Assembly (NCBI GenBank): GCA_021157925.1 | Contig: JAGGVR010000147.1 | Span: forward strand, 1 to 60,836 | DNA from: Staphylothermus sp. | Lineage (GTDB): Archaea > Thermoproteota > Thermoprotei_A > Sulfolobales > Desulfurococcaceae | Length of the DNA: 60,836 nt | Reading direction: 5' to 3' | Part shown: positions 28,114 to 37,944 of the stretch, in pieces | How the letters are laid out: each line of letters opens with the position of its first letter | How positions within the stretch are numbered: the first letter of the stretch is position 1 | The notes under the pieces: model-generated | The model's input: the letters and a program-made list of their open reading frames with translations, nothing else | What the model was told of the DNA's origin: nothing | Database searches by the model: none | Position numbers and translations under genes: made by a program

Positions 28114-28659
28114 ATGATGGAGGAGAAGGTTGTAAAAGTTCATCTAAAAGTCAATGGCAAAGAATACGAGCTAGAAGTACCGCCAAATGAGAGATTGTTA
28201 GATACGTTAAGATACCGTTTAGGACTAACAAGTGTCAAAGAGGGATGTGGCAGAGGAGAATGTGGAACATGTATTGTGCTAGTAAATGGTATGCCTAGGC
28301 ATTCATGCCTAACTCTAACAGCAACACTTGATGGATCCGAGGTAACAACACTTGAAGGACTAGCACCTGAAGGCAAGATTCATGCCATACAACTAGCCTT
28401 CCTAGAGACAAAAGGTGTACAGTGTGGATTCTGTACACCAGGATTTATACTAATGGCTAAAGCACTACTGGACAAAAACCCCGATCCGAACATGGAAGAG
28501 GTCAAAGAATGGCTAAGCAGTACACTATGTAGATGTGGAAGCTACCATTACTATTTCGCTGCAGTAAAACTAGCTGCTAAATACATCAAGGAAGGAAAGA
28601 TCTACTTTGACGAAGAAGAAGTACGTAAGAAATACTACATGAAAGTAGTTGGGAGGTGA
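28114..28659 (+). CDS. Molybdenum hydroxylase [2Fe-2S] small subunit (CoxS/CutC-like)
   Basis: GCGRGECGTCIV and CGFCTPGF..CRCG cluster motifs. A GGGGTG SD lies just upstream of ATG 28114, which sits 2 nt past the upstream gene's stop (28109-28111). Confidence 0.9.
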   Translation: MMEEKVVKVHLKVNGKEYELEVPPNERLLDTLRYRLGLTSVKEGCGRGECGTCIVLVNGMPRHSCLTLTATLDGSEVTTLEGLAPEGKIHAIQLAFLETKGVQCGFCTPGFILMAKALLDKNPDPNMEEVKEWLSSTLCRCGSYHYYFAAVKLAAKYIKEGKIYFDEEEVRKKYYMKVVGR

Positions 28660-28666
28660 TCCATGT

Positions 28667-31069
28667 ATGAGTAAGCCCGAATATGTAGAAATAGTTGAAA
28701 AAGTCTTTGACAAGACAAAACAAAAGAAAACAGAAGAATTCAAATACATTGGCAAGAGCATTATCAAATGGGATGCAATAGACAAGATAACTGGAAAAGC
28801 ATGGTTTACAGCCGACCTTAAGAAGTTGTTCCAAAACGCAGTATTCGTATACAGTGTTAGGACAAAGTATGCACATGCATGGATTATGAAAATAGATGTA
28901 ACAGACGCTGCTAAATACCCTGGTGTACTCAAAGTAATCACTGCAAACGATATTCCAGGAATAAATGACGTAGGATATGTTATACCAGACCAGCCACTTC
29001 TCGCATATAAGAAGGTAAGATACATTGGAGACACTGTAGCACTAATAGTAGCAGAGTCTATGGAGAACGCTAGAGAAGCAGCAGAACTAGTAAGCGTAGA
29101 GTATGAACCGCTCGAAGTAATACTCGACCCACTCAAAATAGTTGAATGGGGAGGACTTAGAGAAAAAGAACACACTTTAATACACGAAGAGAGAGGAAGC
29201 GATGTAGTATCAAGGTACAAGATTAGAACAGGAGACGTTAAGAAAGCATTCGAAGAAGCAGCCGTAGTTGTTGAAAACGAGTATAGAACACCAATGCAGG
29301 AACACGCTTATCTAGAACCTGAAGCTGCACTCGCAATACCTCAGCCAGATGGAGGAGTAACAATCTATGCAAAAACACAATGTCCATTCGACACAAGGAA
29401 AGCTGTTGCACAAGTACTAGGACTACCATTTAACAAGGTAAGAGTAATAGTGCCACCACTAGGAGGCGGATTTGGCGGCGCCGAGGATGTCGGCAACGAG
29501 ATTGCTGCAAAAGCAGCATTAGCCGCTCTACTGACTAAGAGACCAGCGTTCCTAGTCCATACACGTGAAGAATCTATTATTGGTCACAGTAAGAGACACC
29601 CAATGATAGCTAGATACAAACACGCCGCAACAAGAGATGGTAGACTACTAGCTGTAGAAGCAGAGATCATACTCGACACAGGAGCCTATGCAAGTCTAGG
29701 ACCATTCGTTGGATGGAGAGCCATAGTACACAGTACAGGACCATACAAGGTACCAAATGCTAAGATAGACCTGGCAGTTGTTTACACAAATAAAGTATAT
29801 GCGGGAGCGTTTAGAGGCTTCGGAAATCCACAGGTAACGTTTGCCGTAGAGAGACAAATGGACCTATTAGCCGAAGAACTAGGAATGGATCCCGTAGAAC
29901 TAAGACTAAAGAACATACTTAGGAACGGAGATAGAACAGTACACGGACAACTACTAGACCATGGAGTAGGCCTAGAAGAAGCACTATTAAAAGCAGTTGA
30001 AGCAATCAACTGGTATGAGAGAAGAAAACTCTATAGCCAGCAGAAAGGAACTATTAGGAGAGGAATAGGCATAGCTCTAATGTACCACGGCAATAGTATA
30101 GGTGCTGAAGGAGCAGACTTCTCATCAGCAACCATAATCATACAGAGAGATGGAAGCATTGTATTCAGAACAGGACTAACAGACATGGGACAAGGAGCCA
30201 TACAAGGATTAGTAAACATCATAGCTGAAACACTAGGAGTACCACCAAGCTATATCAGGGTAGAATGGCCAGACACAGCATCAACACCAGATGCCGGACC
30301 AACAGTAGCATCGAGATCAACCGTAATGGGTGGAAACGCTACACTAGTAGCAGCATATAAGCTAAGACAAAGACTAAACAAGCTAGCAGCCGAGCTTCTA
30401 GGATGTGATCCAGACAATATAGTAATTAATGCACCAGATGTCTATTGTAAGAATGATCCTAGGCTCAAGATCACATGGCAAGAACTCGTTGAACAATCGT
30501 TCTGGAAAGGAGTACCACTACAAGAGTTCGGATATTTCCGTGCACCACCAGCTGAGTGGGACGAAGAAACAGGTCAGGGAGCACCATACATGCACTACAC
30601 GTTCGGTGCAATTATAAGCGATGTAGAAGTTGATCTGGAAACAGGCGTTGTACGCGTAAGAGAAGCCGTTACAGCATACGATATAGGAAGAGTAATTAAT
30701 AGAGTAGGAGCAGAACATCACGCTGTAGGCGGATACATACAAGGAATGGGATACGCCTTAATGGAAGACCTATATTACGCGCCAGACGGCAGAGTTTACA
30801 ACACTAATCTATCAACGTACCACATACCAACTGGACTAGACATACCAGAGAAGATTAAGTCGATATGGGTAGAAGCAGGATTCCGCAGAGGCCCATATGG
30901 AGCAAAAGGACTCGGAGAACCATCAATAGTGGCAATAGCACCAAGTATAGCGAATGCAGTAGCACATGCTCTTGGAAGCAAAGAGGCAAACAAAGACATC
31001 AATAGAATACCATTAACACCAGACTACGTATACAGTGTAATAAAGAAACATGGTTTATTAAAGAAATAA
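28667..31069 (+). CDS. Molybdopterin-binding large subunit of an aldehyde oxidoreductase / xanthine dehydrogenase-family enzyme
   Basis: ..YAGAFRGFGNPQ.., GGGFGG and ..GAKGLGEP.. motifs. GGAGGTGA SD 7 nt upstream of ATG 28667. Confidence 0.9.
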   Translation: MSKPEYVEIVEKVFDKTKQKKTEEFKYIGKSIIKWDAIDKITGKAWFTADLKKLFQNAVFVYSVRTKYAHAWIMKIDVTDAAKYPGVLKVITANDIPGINDVGYVIPDQPLLAYKKVRYIGDTVALIVAESMENAREAAELVSVEYEPLEVILDPLKIVEWGGLREKEHTLIHEERGSDVVSRYKIRTGDVKKAFEEAAVVVENEYRTPMQEHAYLEPEAALAIPQPDGGVTIYAKTQCPFDTRKAVAQVLGLPFNKVRVIVPPLGGGFGGAEDVGNEIAAKAALAALLTKRPAFLVHTREESIIGHSKRHPMIARYKHAATRDGRLLAVEAEIILDTGAYASLGPFVGWRAIVHSTGPYKVPNAKIDLAVVYTNKVYAGAFRGFGNPQVTFAVERQMDLLAEELGMDPVELRLKNILRNGDRTVHGQLLDHGVGLEEALLKAVEAINWYERRKLYSQQKGTIRRGIGIALMYHGNSIGAEGADFSSATIIIQRDGSIVFRTGLTDMGQGAIQGLVNIIAETLGVPPSYIRVEWPDTASTPDAGPTVASRSTVMGGNATLVAAYKLRQRLNKLAAELLGCDPDNIVINAPDVYCKNDPRLKITWQELVEQSFWKGVPLQEFGYFRAPPAEWDEETGQGAPYMHYTFGAIISDVEVDLETGVVRVREAVTAYDIGRVINRVGAEHHAVGGYIQGMGYALMEDLYYAPDGRVYNTNLSTYHIPTGLDIPEKIKSIWVEAGFRRGPYGAKGLGEPSIVAIAPSIANAVAHALGSKEANKDINRIPLTPDYVYSVIKKHGLLKK

Positions 31070-31112
31070 CCCAACCCTCTTTTTTCTACTTTTCCTTCTA
31101 TTTCCTCTAATA

Positions 31113-31511
31113 TTATTTCTGATCAGAATACTTGTTCTCAACAGGCATACATGGTCTAGTCGCTACTATGTCGACGCCAAGATCTAAGACATTCCTAATA
31201 ATAACGTCTCCAATACGTATAGGTGGCTTTACCTTAATTCCTGCAAGATACCTTGATATTTCTAACAATTTATCCTTCGGAACAGGTCCAGATGTTTTTA
31301 CAGATACAACGGGCAAGTCACCGTTCTCACACCTAACTATAGTCATTAAGACACGCTTCGGACTACAAACTTCTTGTTCAGCATACTTCTTACCCATAGG
31401 ACAAGAATATCCTTCAACACTAATTATTTTGCCATCAACAAGTCTGACTCTAATCTCGCATCCTCTAGGACAAATTATGCATATAACTCTCTTCTCTACA
31501 TAGCTCTTCAT
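31113..31511 (-). CDS. DUF1667-domain protein (small Cys-containing subunit of the G3P-dehydrogenase-like cluster)
   Basis: ICIICPRGCEIRV..GYSCPMGKKYA..PVVSVKT..PV. Confidence 0.7.
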   Translation of the reverse strand: MKSYVEKRVICIICPRGCEIRVRLVDGKIISVEGYSCPMGKKYAEQEVCSPKRVLMTIVRCENGDLPVVSVKTSGPVPKDKLLEISRYLAGIKVKPPIRIGDVIIRNVLDLGVDIVATRPCMPVENKYSDQK

Positions 31512-32761
31512 TTCTCTACAGCCTCCACAACAATATCTCCTATGTATTTTGATAACTCGGTTTTGCGCAAAACGATCCTAAGCATGGTTGATGGCATAAT
31601 TTTTATTAATGGTATCTTTTTACCAATCCCTCCTATTTGGAAGTATGTATTTTCTAACGGGCGGGACACTCTTGAATACAATACGACGTCCTTTCTCCCA
31701 CTTACATAATGAGGTACCACGAACAATATGTTTGATCCAGGAATAACTTTTCTCCATTCAGCAGACAATACGCCCTTGTTCTCAATATATTCATGAACAC
31801 TCTCAGCAGCTGTTTCTCCCTGTTCTACAGCATAATCTACGTAGTCGTTAATAACTAATGCATTACCAGCAATAAAGACTCCTGGAACACTTATTGATTC
31901 TAAATAATCATTCACTATTGGGCCTCTCGTCCTAGGATCTATTAGGACCCCCATTTTCTTCAATAACTTAGTCCTAGGCCTTAGACCAGCAGCAATTATA
32001 ATGGTGTCACATTTTACTTCTTTTTCAGTACCTGGGGTTGGGTTTAAAGATTCATCTACTTCTGATATGATAGCACTTGAGACTCTGCCATTATTTGCTT
32101 TTATTTCAGTAACGGTGTGCCGTAGCAGTAGTGGTATTCCAAAATCCTGTAGGCATTGGACAATGTTTCTAGTTAAACCACTAGGGTAACCCAGGATTTC
32201 AACTACACCTACTACTTCTGCTCCTTCTAATACGAATCTCCTAGCCATGATTAATCCTACATCACCAGATCCTATGATCAGTATCTTTTTCCCAGGCATG
32301 ATGCCGTAGAGATCCATCATAGCTTGTGCTTCTCCAGCAGTATATACACCTGCTACATTGAAACCAGGGATACCTATTTCGTACCTATGTCTTTCCCTAG
32401 CGCCAGCGGCGTAGATGATGGTTTTGCTTTCAATAATCCAGCTTCCTTTCGGTGAAATGATCTTTATCTTCTTGCTCATCATTGACTCATTGATTATTTC
32501 TTCAACATATGTTTCAAGGAGAAGATCTATATCTCTATCCATAACTTTATCTATGAATCTATAAACGAACTCTGGTCCTGTGAGATCTTCTTTGAAGTAG
32601 TGAAGACCGAAACCTGTATGAATGCATTGAATAGGGATTCCTCCTAACCTATTCATTGCTTCTATTACTACTGTTTTTAATCCCTTGTCAGCGGTCTTGA
32701 TAGCTGCTGCTAAACCAGCTGGTCCTCCACCTATAACTGCTACATCATATGTCTTATTCAT
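31508..32761 (-). CDS. FAD/NAD(P)-dependent pyridine-nucleotide-disulfide-type oxidoreductase
   Basis: YDVAVIGGGPAGLAAA and a second dinucleotide fold, KKILIIGSGDVGL. ATGA overlaps at both ends. Confidence 0.8.
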   Translation of the reverse strand: MNKTYDVAVIGGGPAGLAAAIKTADKGLKTVVIEAMNRLGGIPIQCIHTGFGLHYFKEDLTGPEFVYRFIDKVMDRDIDLLLETYVEEIINESMMSKKIKIISPKGSWIIESKTIIYAAGARERHRYEIGIPGFNVAGVYTAGEAQAMMDLYGIMPGKKILIIGSGDVGLIMARRFVLEGAEVVGVVEILGYPSGLTRNIVQCLQDFGIPLLLRHTVTEIKANNGRVSSAIISEVDESLNPTPGTEKEVKCDTIIIAAGLRPRTKLLKKMGVLIDPRTRGPIVNDYLESISVPGVFIAGNALVINDYVDYAVEQGETAAESVHEYIENKGVLSAEWRKVIPGSNILFVVPHYVSGRKDVVLYSRVSRPLENTYFQIGGIGKKIPLIKIMPSTMLRIVLRKTELSKYIGDIVVEAVEK

Positions 32762-34239
32762 CTAATCACCTCTTTGAATAATGATTTTACTTCACCTATT
32801 CCGTAGAAACTGTTTCCTCCCCTAAATGTGATCTCCCAGGGCTTTATGCCTACGTAACGCGATATAATCAATGATACTAAAACCCTACAGAAAGATCCCT
32901 GACATCTTCCATACATTGTGTGCGTTCTAAACTTTATCCCATCAAGTGTTATTTCCTTAACGCCTATTTTCTTCATTCTATTAATTGCTTCAATAATCTC
33001 TGCCTCAGAGACTCCTCTGCATTGACAAATTATTCTACCATAAGATGGGTTTTTGGTTATGAGCTTGTTTCTATCCTCTACTCCTAGATCCTTTATTCTC
33101 ACAATACCTTTCCTGTATCGCTTCCATTTATTCTTGGGTTTTAGATCGATATGTTTATGGATAAGCTCTACGACATATTTGCCTATTGCTGGAGCAGCCG
33201 TTAAGCCTGGTGAACGTATTCCTGCAACATCTATGAAGCCCCATGGGTCTTCATGGAATCTTATAATAAACGAGCCTGTTGAAGGCTCTGGTCTAAGACC
33301 AGCGAAGGTTTTGATTACAAGGTTTCTCGGCGGCAGTCTTGGTAATAGTTTTTCAGCGTTTCTGAGCAGGTAATTTATTCCTTCTCTCGTTGTTCTTAAC
33401 TCGTTTTTCTTGTCAGGTGAGAGATCCTCTGCAGTGGGACCAATTAGTAATGTATCATCTGTCGTCTTTAAGACATATACTCCTTTTGTCTTAGGAGTAG
33501 GTGTTGTATGAATTATTTTCTCTGGTTTAGGCTCAGCTGTTGAGTCATACAATATATATTGTCCGCGCCTCGGAAAAATATAGTAGTCATTGATTCCAGC
33601 CATCCTGGATATTTCATCAGCATAAAGACCTGCAGCATTTATCACTATATCAAAATCATATACTTTCTCGGAGGTTACTACCCCAACTACTCTACGATCC
33701 CGTATTATTACATCAATCACCTTTTCCCCGAGATGAAAATACACATTATTATCGGCACAATTCTCAGCAATAGCTATTGCCGCTTGAATAGGATCAATAC
33801 TGCCTGCAGAAGGAGCATATAAGCCCATAATAGCGGAGGGATTAATCTTAGGCTCTATTGATAATAGTTCTTCCTTATCAAGTAGTTTTACCCCAGGAAC
33901 TTTATTCCTTACAGCTAGTGATAAATAATGTTTAAGAACATGGATTTCTTCATCATTAAAAGCAACAATTATCTCTCCAGGCCATCTAGACGGTATGTCT
34001 AGTTCACGAACCCATTCATACCATAAATCGTGTCCTTCTAAGCAAAGCCTCATTCGAAGAGGGTGCTTATCTGGGTCTTCTTCGTGACATGGATGAATAA
34101 TAGAAGTATTAGCCTTAGTAACGCCCCATCCGACATCAGGGTTTTTATCAATTACATGCACTTCTATGTTCTCGTATCTGCTTAACCACCTAGCAATAGA
34201 TAATCCAACGATCCCTGCTCCAATAATTCCTACCCTCAT
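32758..34239 (-). CDS. FAD-dependent glycerol-3-phosphate dehydrogenase/oxidase-like enzyme with a BFD-like [2Fe-2S] domain
   Basis: MRVGIIGAGIVGLSIAR, and C-terminal ICQCRGVSEAEIIEAI..GRCQGSFC. Confidence 0.8.
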   Translation of the reverse strand: MRVGIIGAGIVGLSIARWLSRYENIEVHVIDKNPDVGWGVTKANTSIIHPCHEEDPDKHPLRMRLCLEGHDLWYEWVRELDIPSRWPGEIIVAFNDEEIHVLKHYLSLAVRNKVPGVKLLDKEELLSIEPKINPSAIMGLYAPSAGSIDPIQAAIAIAENCADNNVYFHLGEKVIDVIIRDRRVVGVVTSEKVYDFDIVINAAGLYADEISRMAGINDYYIFPRRGQYILYDSTAEPKPEKIIHTTPTPKTKGVYVLKTTDDTLLIGPTAEDLSPDKKNELRTTREGINYLLRNAEKLLPRLPPRNLVIKTFAGLRPEPSTGSFIIRFHEDPWGFIDVAGIRSPGLTAAPAIGKYVVELIHKHIDLKPKNKWKRYRKGIVRIKDLGVEDRNKLITKNPSYGRIICQCRGVSEAEIIEAINRMKKIGVKEITLDGIKFRTHTMYGRCQGSFCRVLVSLIISRYVGIKPWEITFRGGNSFYGIGEVKSLFKEVIR

Positions 34240-34324
34240 TACTCTTCAACCCATTATATAATGAAAGAGAAGATTAGAGTGAAACATGATTATATTAATG
34301 ACTATAACCGGACTAACAATAAAT

Positions 34325-34400
34325 GATTGTCGGCTCCGCCGCGCTGACCCCCTCATTAAACCCCCTTGGGGATAATCAGGGGTCTGGAGGAGCGGAGCCG
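34325..34400 (-). ncRNA. Candidate single-hairpin H/ACA box guide sRNA
   Basis: A GC-rich island in AT-rich spacer. The minus strand reads CGGCUCCGC-UCCUCCA-GACCCC-UGA..(CCCC AAG GGGG)..AAUGA-G-GGGGUC-AGCGCG-GCGGAGCCG-ACA. That gives a 9-bp lower stem, an internal pocket, a 6-bp upper stem and tandem UGA/UGA (K-turn-like). ACA follows the stem immediately, 15 nt from the pocket. A TATA-like aaatatata lies about 30 nt upstream. Confidence 0.55.
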
Positions 34401-34461
34401 CTATATTTTTGAAACTCATATCTACTATATATTTGAAGTGTGATTAATAATTGTTTAACAA

Positions 34462-36039
34462 ATGTTTAATTATATTTTCCAACAGGGATTAGCCGTGGAG
34501 AAAATATATCTACCTACAAGGCAGTTCAGAATAGTTAAAGTACTTGTTAATGCAAAGTCTATTGTTATTGATGAACTTGCTAAGAAAATAGGTGTTAAGC
34601 CAGAAGATATTATGAGGGATCTAGCCGAACTAGAATCTCTTGGCTTGTTAAGAGTTGAGAGGAAAATTGTCCAAGAACCCGTAATTACTGAGGAGGGAAT
34701 ACTTGTTCTACAAAAAGGACTTCCTGAAGAACGTATGCATAGAGTTATTCATAGATGTATTGGTAAGAAAATAGAGGAGTTCATGGAATGTATTAGCGCA
34801 GAAGCAGAAATGGATCCGGCTCATGTCAGGATCGGGTTACAGCATTTGATTAAAAACAATTGTTTAAGAGTAGTTAATGGAGTGGTAAAAATCAGAGATG
34901 ATCATGGATGCTTAAAAGCATTAGAAGAAGCAGCTTATATTAAAGCAGCTCTAAAAGAAATCCTCGAAGGAAAACACGTTAACAAATCACTCCTTAGTGT
35001 ATTAAAAAGAAGAAAAATGGTAAAAACTGAAAGGAAGAAACAATTAGTAATAACAGCTTCTCCTAAACTACTAGAACTATTCGAAAAAGGCTTAATTATC
35101 GAGAAAGAATTAGCAACAATAATTTATCCAAGTATGGCTGAGGAACTAGACAGGTATATTATAAAGGAATTCGACTTATCAATACCTCCTCCTAGACCTA
35201 GAGCTGCAAGACTTAACGCTTACATGGAGTTCCTAGACCTAGTAAGAGAAATACTCGTATCAATGGGTTTCGAGGAAGTAAAAGGACCACATGTAGAGCT
35301 CGAATTTTGGAATTTCGATGCACTTTTCCAAGCACAAGACCATCCAGCACGCGAAATACATGACACGTTTTTCCTAAAGACCGAATACAGAGGCAGAGTC
35401 CCAGAAGAACTTCTTGAACGAGCAAAAAAGATACACGAGAAAGGATGGGGTTATGAATGGAACCCTCTAAGAGCACTCAGACCAATACTACGTAGTCAAA
35501 CAACAGCTGTCTCAGTTAGAACAATATATGAGAGAGGAGAGGGAGAATACCGCGTATTCAGCCTAGACAGAGTATTCAGACCAGAAACTCTAGATGCTAA
35601 GCATGCCATGGAGTTCTACCAATTAGATGGAATAATAGTCGGTAGGAATGTTAATTTTAAACACTTACTTGCATTCTTCAAGGAATTCGCAGCTGCACTT
35701 GGAATAAGAGAAGTATGGTTTAAGCCCGGCTACTTCCCCTTCACCGAGCCAAGTGTTGAAGGATTCATAAAACATCCTGAGCTTGGATGGATTGAAGTCT
35801 TCCCTGGAGGAGTTTTTAGACCAGAAGTTATGGAGATCTTGGGAGCACCAGGTGTTAGAGCAATAGCTTGGGGTATAGGTATTGATAGGTTAGCTATGTC
35901 GGTACTCGGGTTAAATGATATTAGGGACTTGTTCAATAAAGACCTAGACTTCTTGAGAAAAATGCCTTCACCAAAACTACCATATTTCCTAACAAGAACA
36001 AGTAGTAAAGATGTTAAGGTTGTAAAGATACTAAGGTGA
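34462..36039 (+). CDS. pheS: Phenylalanine--tRNA ligase alpha subunit (archaeal type)
   Basis: N-terminal wHTH repeats and class II core motifs: FRPETLDAKHAMEFYQLDG, GYFPFTEPS, AWGIGIDRLAM. Confidence 0.9.
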   Translation: MFNYIFQQGLAVEKIYLPTRQFRIVKVLVNAKSIVIDELAKKIGVKPEDIMRDLAELESLGLLRVERKIVQEPVITEEGILVLQKGLPEERMHRVIHRCIGKKIEEFMECISAEAEMDPAHVRIGLQHLIKNNCLRVVNGVVKIRDDHGCLKALEEAAYIKAALKEILEGKHVNKSLLSVLKRRKMVKTERKKQLVITASPKLLELFEKGLIIEKELATIIYPSMAEELDRYIIKEFDLSIPPPRPRAARLNAYMEFLDLVREILVSMGFEEVKGPHVELEFWNFDALFQAQDHPAREIHDTFFLKTEYRGRVPEELLERAKKIHEKGWGYEWNPLRALRPILRSQTTAVSVRTIYERGEGEYRVFSLDRVFRPETLDAKHAMEFYQLDGIIVGRNVNFKHLLAFFKEFAAALGIREVWFKPGYFPFTEPSVEGFIKHPELGWIEVFPGGVFRPEVMEILGAPGVRAIAWGIGIDRLAMSVLGLNDIRDLFNKDLDFLRKMPSPKLPYFLTRTSSKDVKVVKILR

Positions 36040-36043
36040 TCTT

Positions 36044-36703
36044 GTGCCTTTTACATATGTATTAGATACAAGTGCTATAACTGATCCAAGGCTCAGAAGG
36101 GTTTTCAGAGTAGAAACCTTAGATGGTGTAGTTAGAGAATATGCTCGGCTACTTATACGTTCACACATAGTTTTAGGAGCAGAATTCTATACAACACCTA
36201 ATACTGCTTTAGAGCTTAGAAGCTTCTTGGAGAGAAACAATGTTAGTAATGAAGCAATAGAGATGCTGATGGGAGCAATAACTATTAGGTCACCAGATCT
36301 CTATACCACGAGAATACCAGCAGTAGTAATGAGCGACTGGATCCACGACATGTTGATAAGGATAACAAAGGGACTAAGAGTAGCAGAAGATAGTGTTAGA
36401 AGAGCAGCTCGTAAAGGATATGATAGAGGAATCCAGAGAGACAAAAAAGGGCTTGATACAATAATAGCAGAGACCATACACGAGCTACGAGAGAAATACA
36501 GAGAAGCGACTAGGAAAGGAGTAATAGATACAAGAGTAGACTTCGACCTCGTAATCCTAGCACACGAGATAAATGCGGAATTAGTGACAAATGATACTGG
36601 GATCATGAAGCTATGTGACCAAATAGGAGTCAAATACATAGAGCCTCCAAGATTTATAAACAAACTAACACTTCTCCTAAGAGAAAGAACCGGAAGGGCA
36701 TAA
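36044..36703 (+). CDS. PIN_5-domain protein of the HARP family (Aquifex RNase P 38 homolog, 'RNA-free RNase P', formerly UPF0278)
   Basis: YVLDTSAITDP.., ..ITIRSP.., GLRVAED.., ELREKYREATRKGVIDTRVDFDLVILAHE..LVTNDTGI. This matches my recollection of the Aq_880 layout. GTG start 4 nt after a GGTGA SD. Confidence 0.7.
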   Translation: MPFTYVLDTSAITDPRLRRVFRVETLDGVVREYARLLIRSHIVLGAEFYTTPNTALELRSFLERNNVSNEAIEMLMGAITIRSPDLYTTRIPAVVMSDWIHDMLIRITKGLRVAEDSVRRAARKGYDRGIQRDKKGLDTIIAETIHELREKYREATRKGVIDTRVDFDLVILAHEINAELVTNDTGIMKLCDQIGVKYIEPPRFINKLTLLLRERTGRA

Positions 36704-36705
36704 TA

Positions 36706-37944
36706 TTGGAAACAATCCCTCCACCGAATCAGCTCGAATTTTTCCTAACAATGGTTTTGAACTATATAGTTAAAGCACATGTTAGCTATGATAAAGCTTT
36801 TAAAACAATTATTAAAAGATACAATCTACCCAAATGGTCTCTCAGAATATTCTACAAGATAGGATACTATACAGTAAACTATTACTATACCCTCAGATGG
36901 CTAGCAGCAAAGAATGGTTATGGCGTAAAACCTGCCGGTATAGTAGCGTATTTCTCGAGAATAGGTTTCAGTATAAGGAGAGCCCAAGCAATTATTAGAG
37001 AAGAGACAAAACGATTATCCACATCTATGAGGCTTAGCCTAATATATAGCTATCCCGAATTCATAGTGAAAGACCTCTTAAAACACATGCCTCCACGAGA
37101 AGTTGAAAAAATACTGATGAAACTTAACGAGAAGAAGAGATGGTTAAGAATAAATTTGTTGAAGACAAGTATTGAAGAAGCACATACTTGTCTCGAACAA
37201 GAAAATATTTTGTTCAAACCCATAGATTATCCGGAATATATGTTATTCGTTGAACACCCTAAATGGGAACCTATTGGGAGAACAAAATGTGTTAGCGAAG
37301 GACTAGTTGTACCCCAAGACATTGCTAGCGCCTATGTCGTAGAGGCTACTAGACCAGAGAAAAGCCTCTTAGATGCTTGTAGTGCACCAGGTCTCAAGCT
37401 TAGTCTAGCCTACATGCTTAGTGATAAATTATCGAGTATAGCGGTGGATGTTTCAAGCAAGAGAATACTAGTGGAGCAAAAACTATTAGATAGACTAGGT
37501 GTCCCAACACAACGCGTGTTATTAATAAACTCAGATTCTAGTAATATAAGTTTCAATAAAGTATTTAATTACGCAATTGTTGACGCACCCTGTAGTGGAT
37601 TAGGAGCTGTTTACTCAGACCCAGCTGTTAAGATAAATACTAGTAAGAAAAGCAAATTAGAACATTACCACGAAGTACAGTACAATATTCTTAAAAACAC
37701 TCTCAAGTATGCTGAAAAAGTTGTTTATTCAACATGTAGTATACATCCAATGGAAGGAGAAGAAGTAATAAAGAAAATAATAGAGGAAAACCTAGCAGAA
37801 CCTGTTAAGATAAACCTACCTAAGCTTGCCACGGGTTATAGAGGATATAGTTTCTCTAAAAAAGTATACCGGACACAACCGCATATAATAAATGGTCAAG
37901 GCTTCTTTATAGCCGTGTTAGAAAGTAAAGTGGTGGACAAATAA
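36706..37944 (+). CDS. NOL1/NOP2/Sun-family RNA (cytosine-C5) methyltransferase
   Basis: SAM motif LLDACSAPGLK and the catalytic Cys motifs IVDAPCSGLG and VYSTCSIHPMEGEE. Confidence 0.85.
   Translation: METIPPPNQLEFFLTMVLNYIVKAHVSYDKAFKTIIKRYNLPKWSLRIFYKIGYYTVNYYYTLRWLAAKNGYGVKPAGIVAYFSRIGFSIRRAQAIIREETKRLSTSMRLSLIYSYPEFIVKDLLKHMPPREVEKILMKLNEKKRWLRINLLKTSIEEAHTCLEQENILFKPIDYPEYMLFVEHPKWEPIGRTKCVSEGLVVPQDIASAYVVEATRPEKSLLDACSAPGLKLSLAYMLSDKLSSIAVDVSSKRILVEQKLLDRLGVPTQRVLLINSDSSNISFNKVFNYAIVDAPCSGLGAVYSDPAVKINTSKKSKLEHYHEVQYNILKNTLKYAEKVVYSTCSIHPMEGEEVIKKIIEENLAEPVKINLPKLATGYRGYSFSKKVYRTQPHIINGQGFFIAVLESKVVDK

Noticed and set aside
28570-29220. A 216-aa minus-strand ORF, and many other 60-145-aa ORFs, lying antisense to well-supported genes. 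Examples: 2518-2865, 7676-8008, 23330-23761, 27175-27579, 27781-28143, 31132-31503, 39572-39970, 55499-55936.
   Set aside because: They overlap conserved genes on the opposite strand. Their translations are low-complexity, rich in Ser/Leu/Ile and without motifs, as expected from antisense reading of AT-rich coding sequence.
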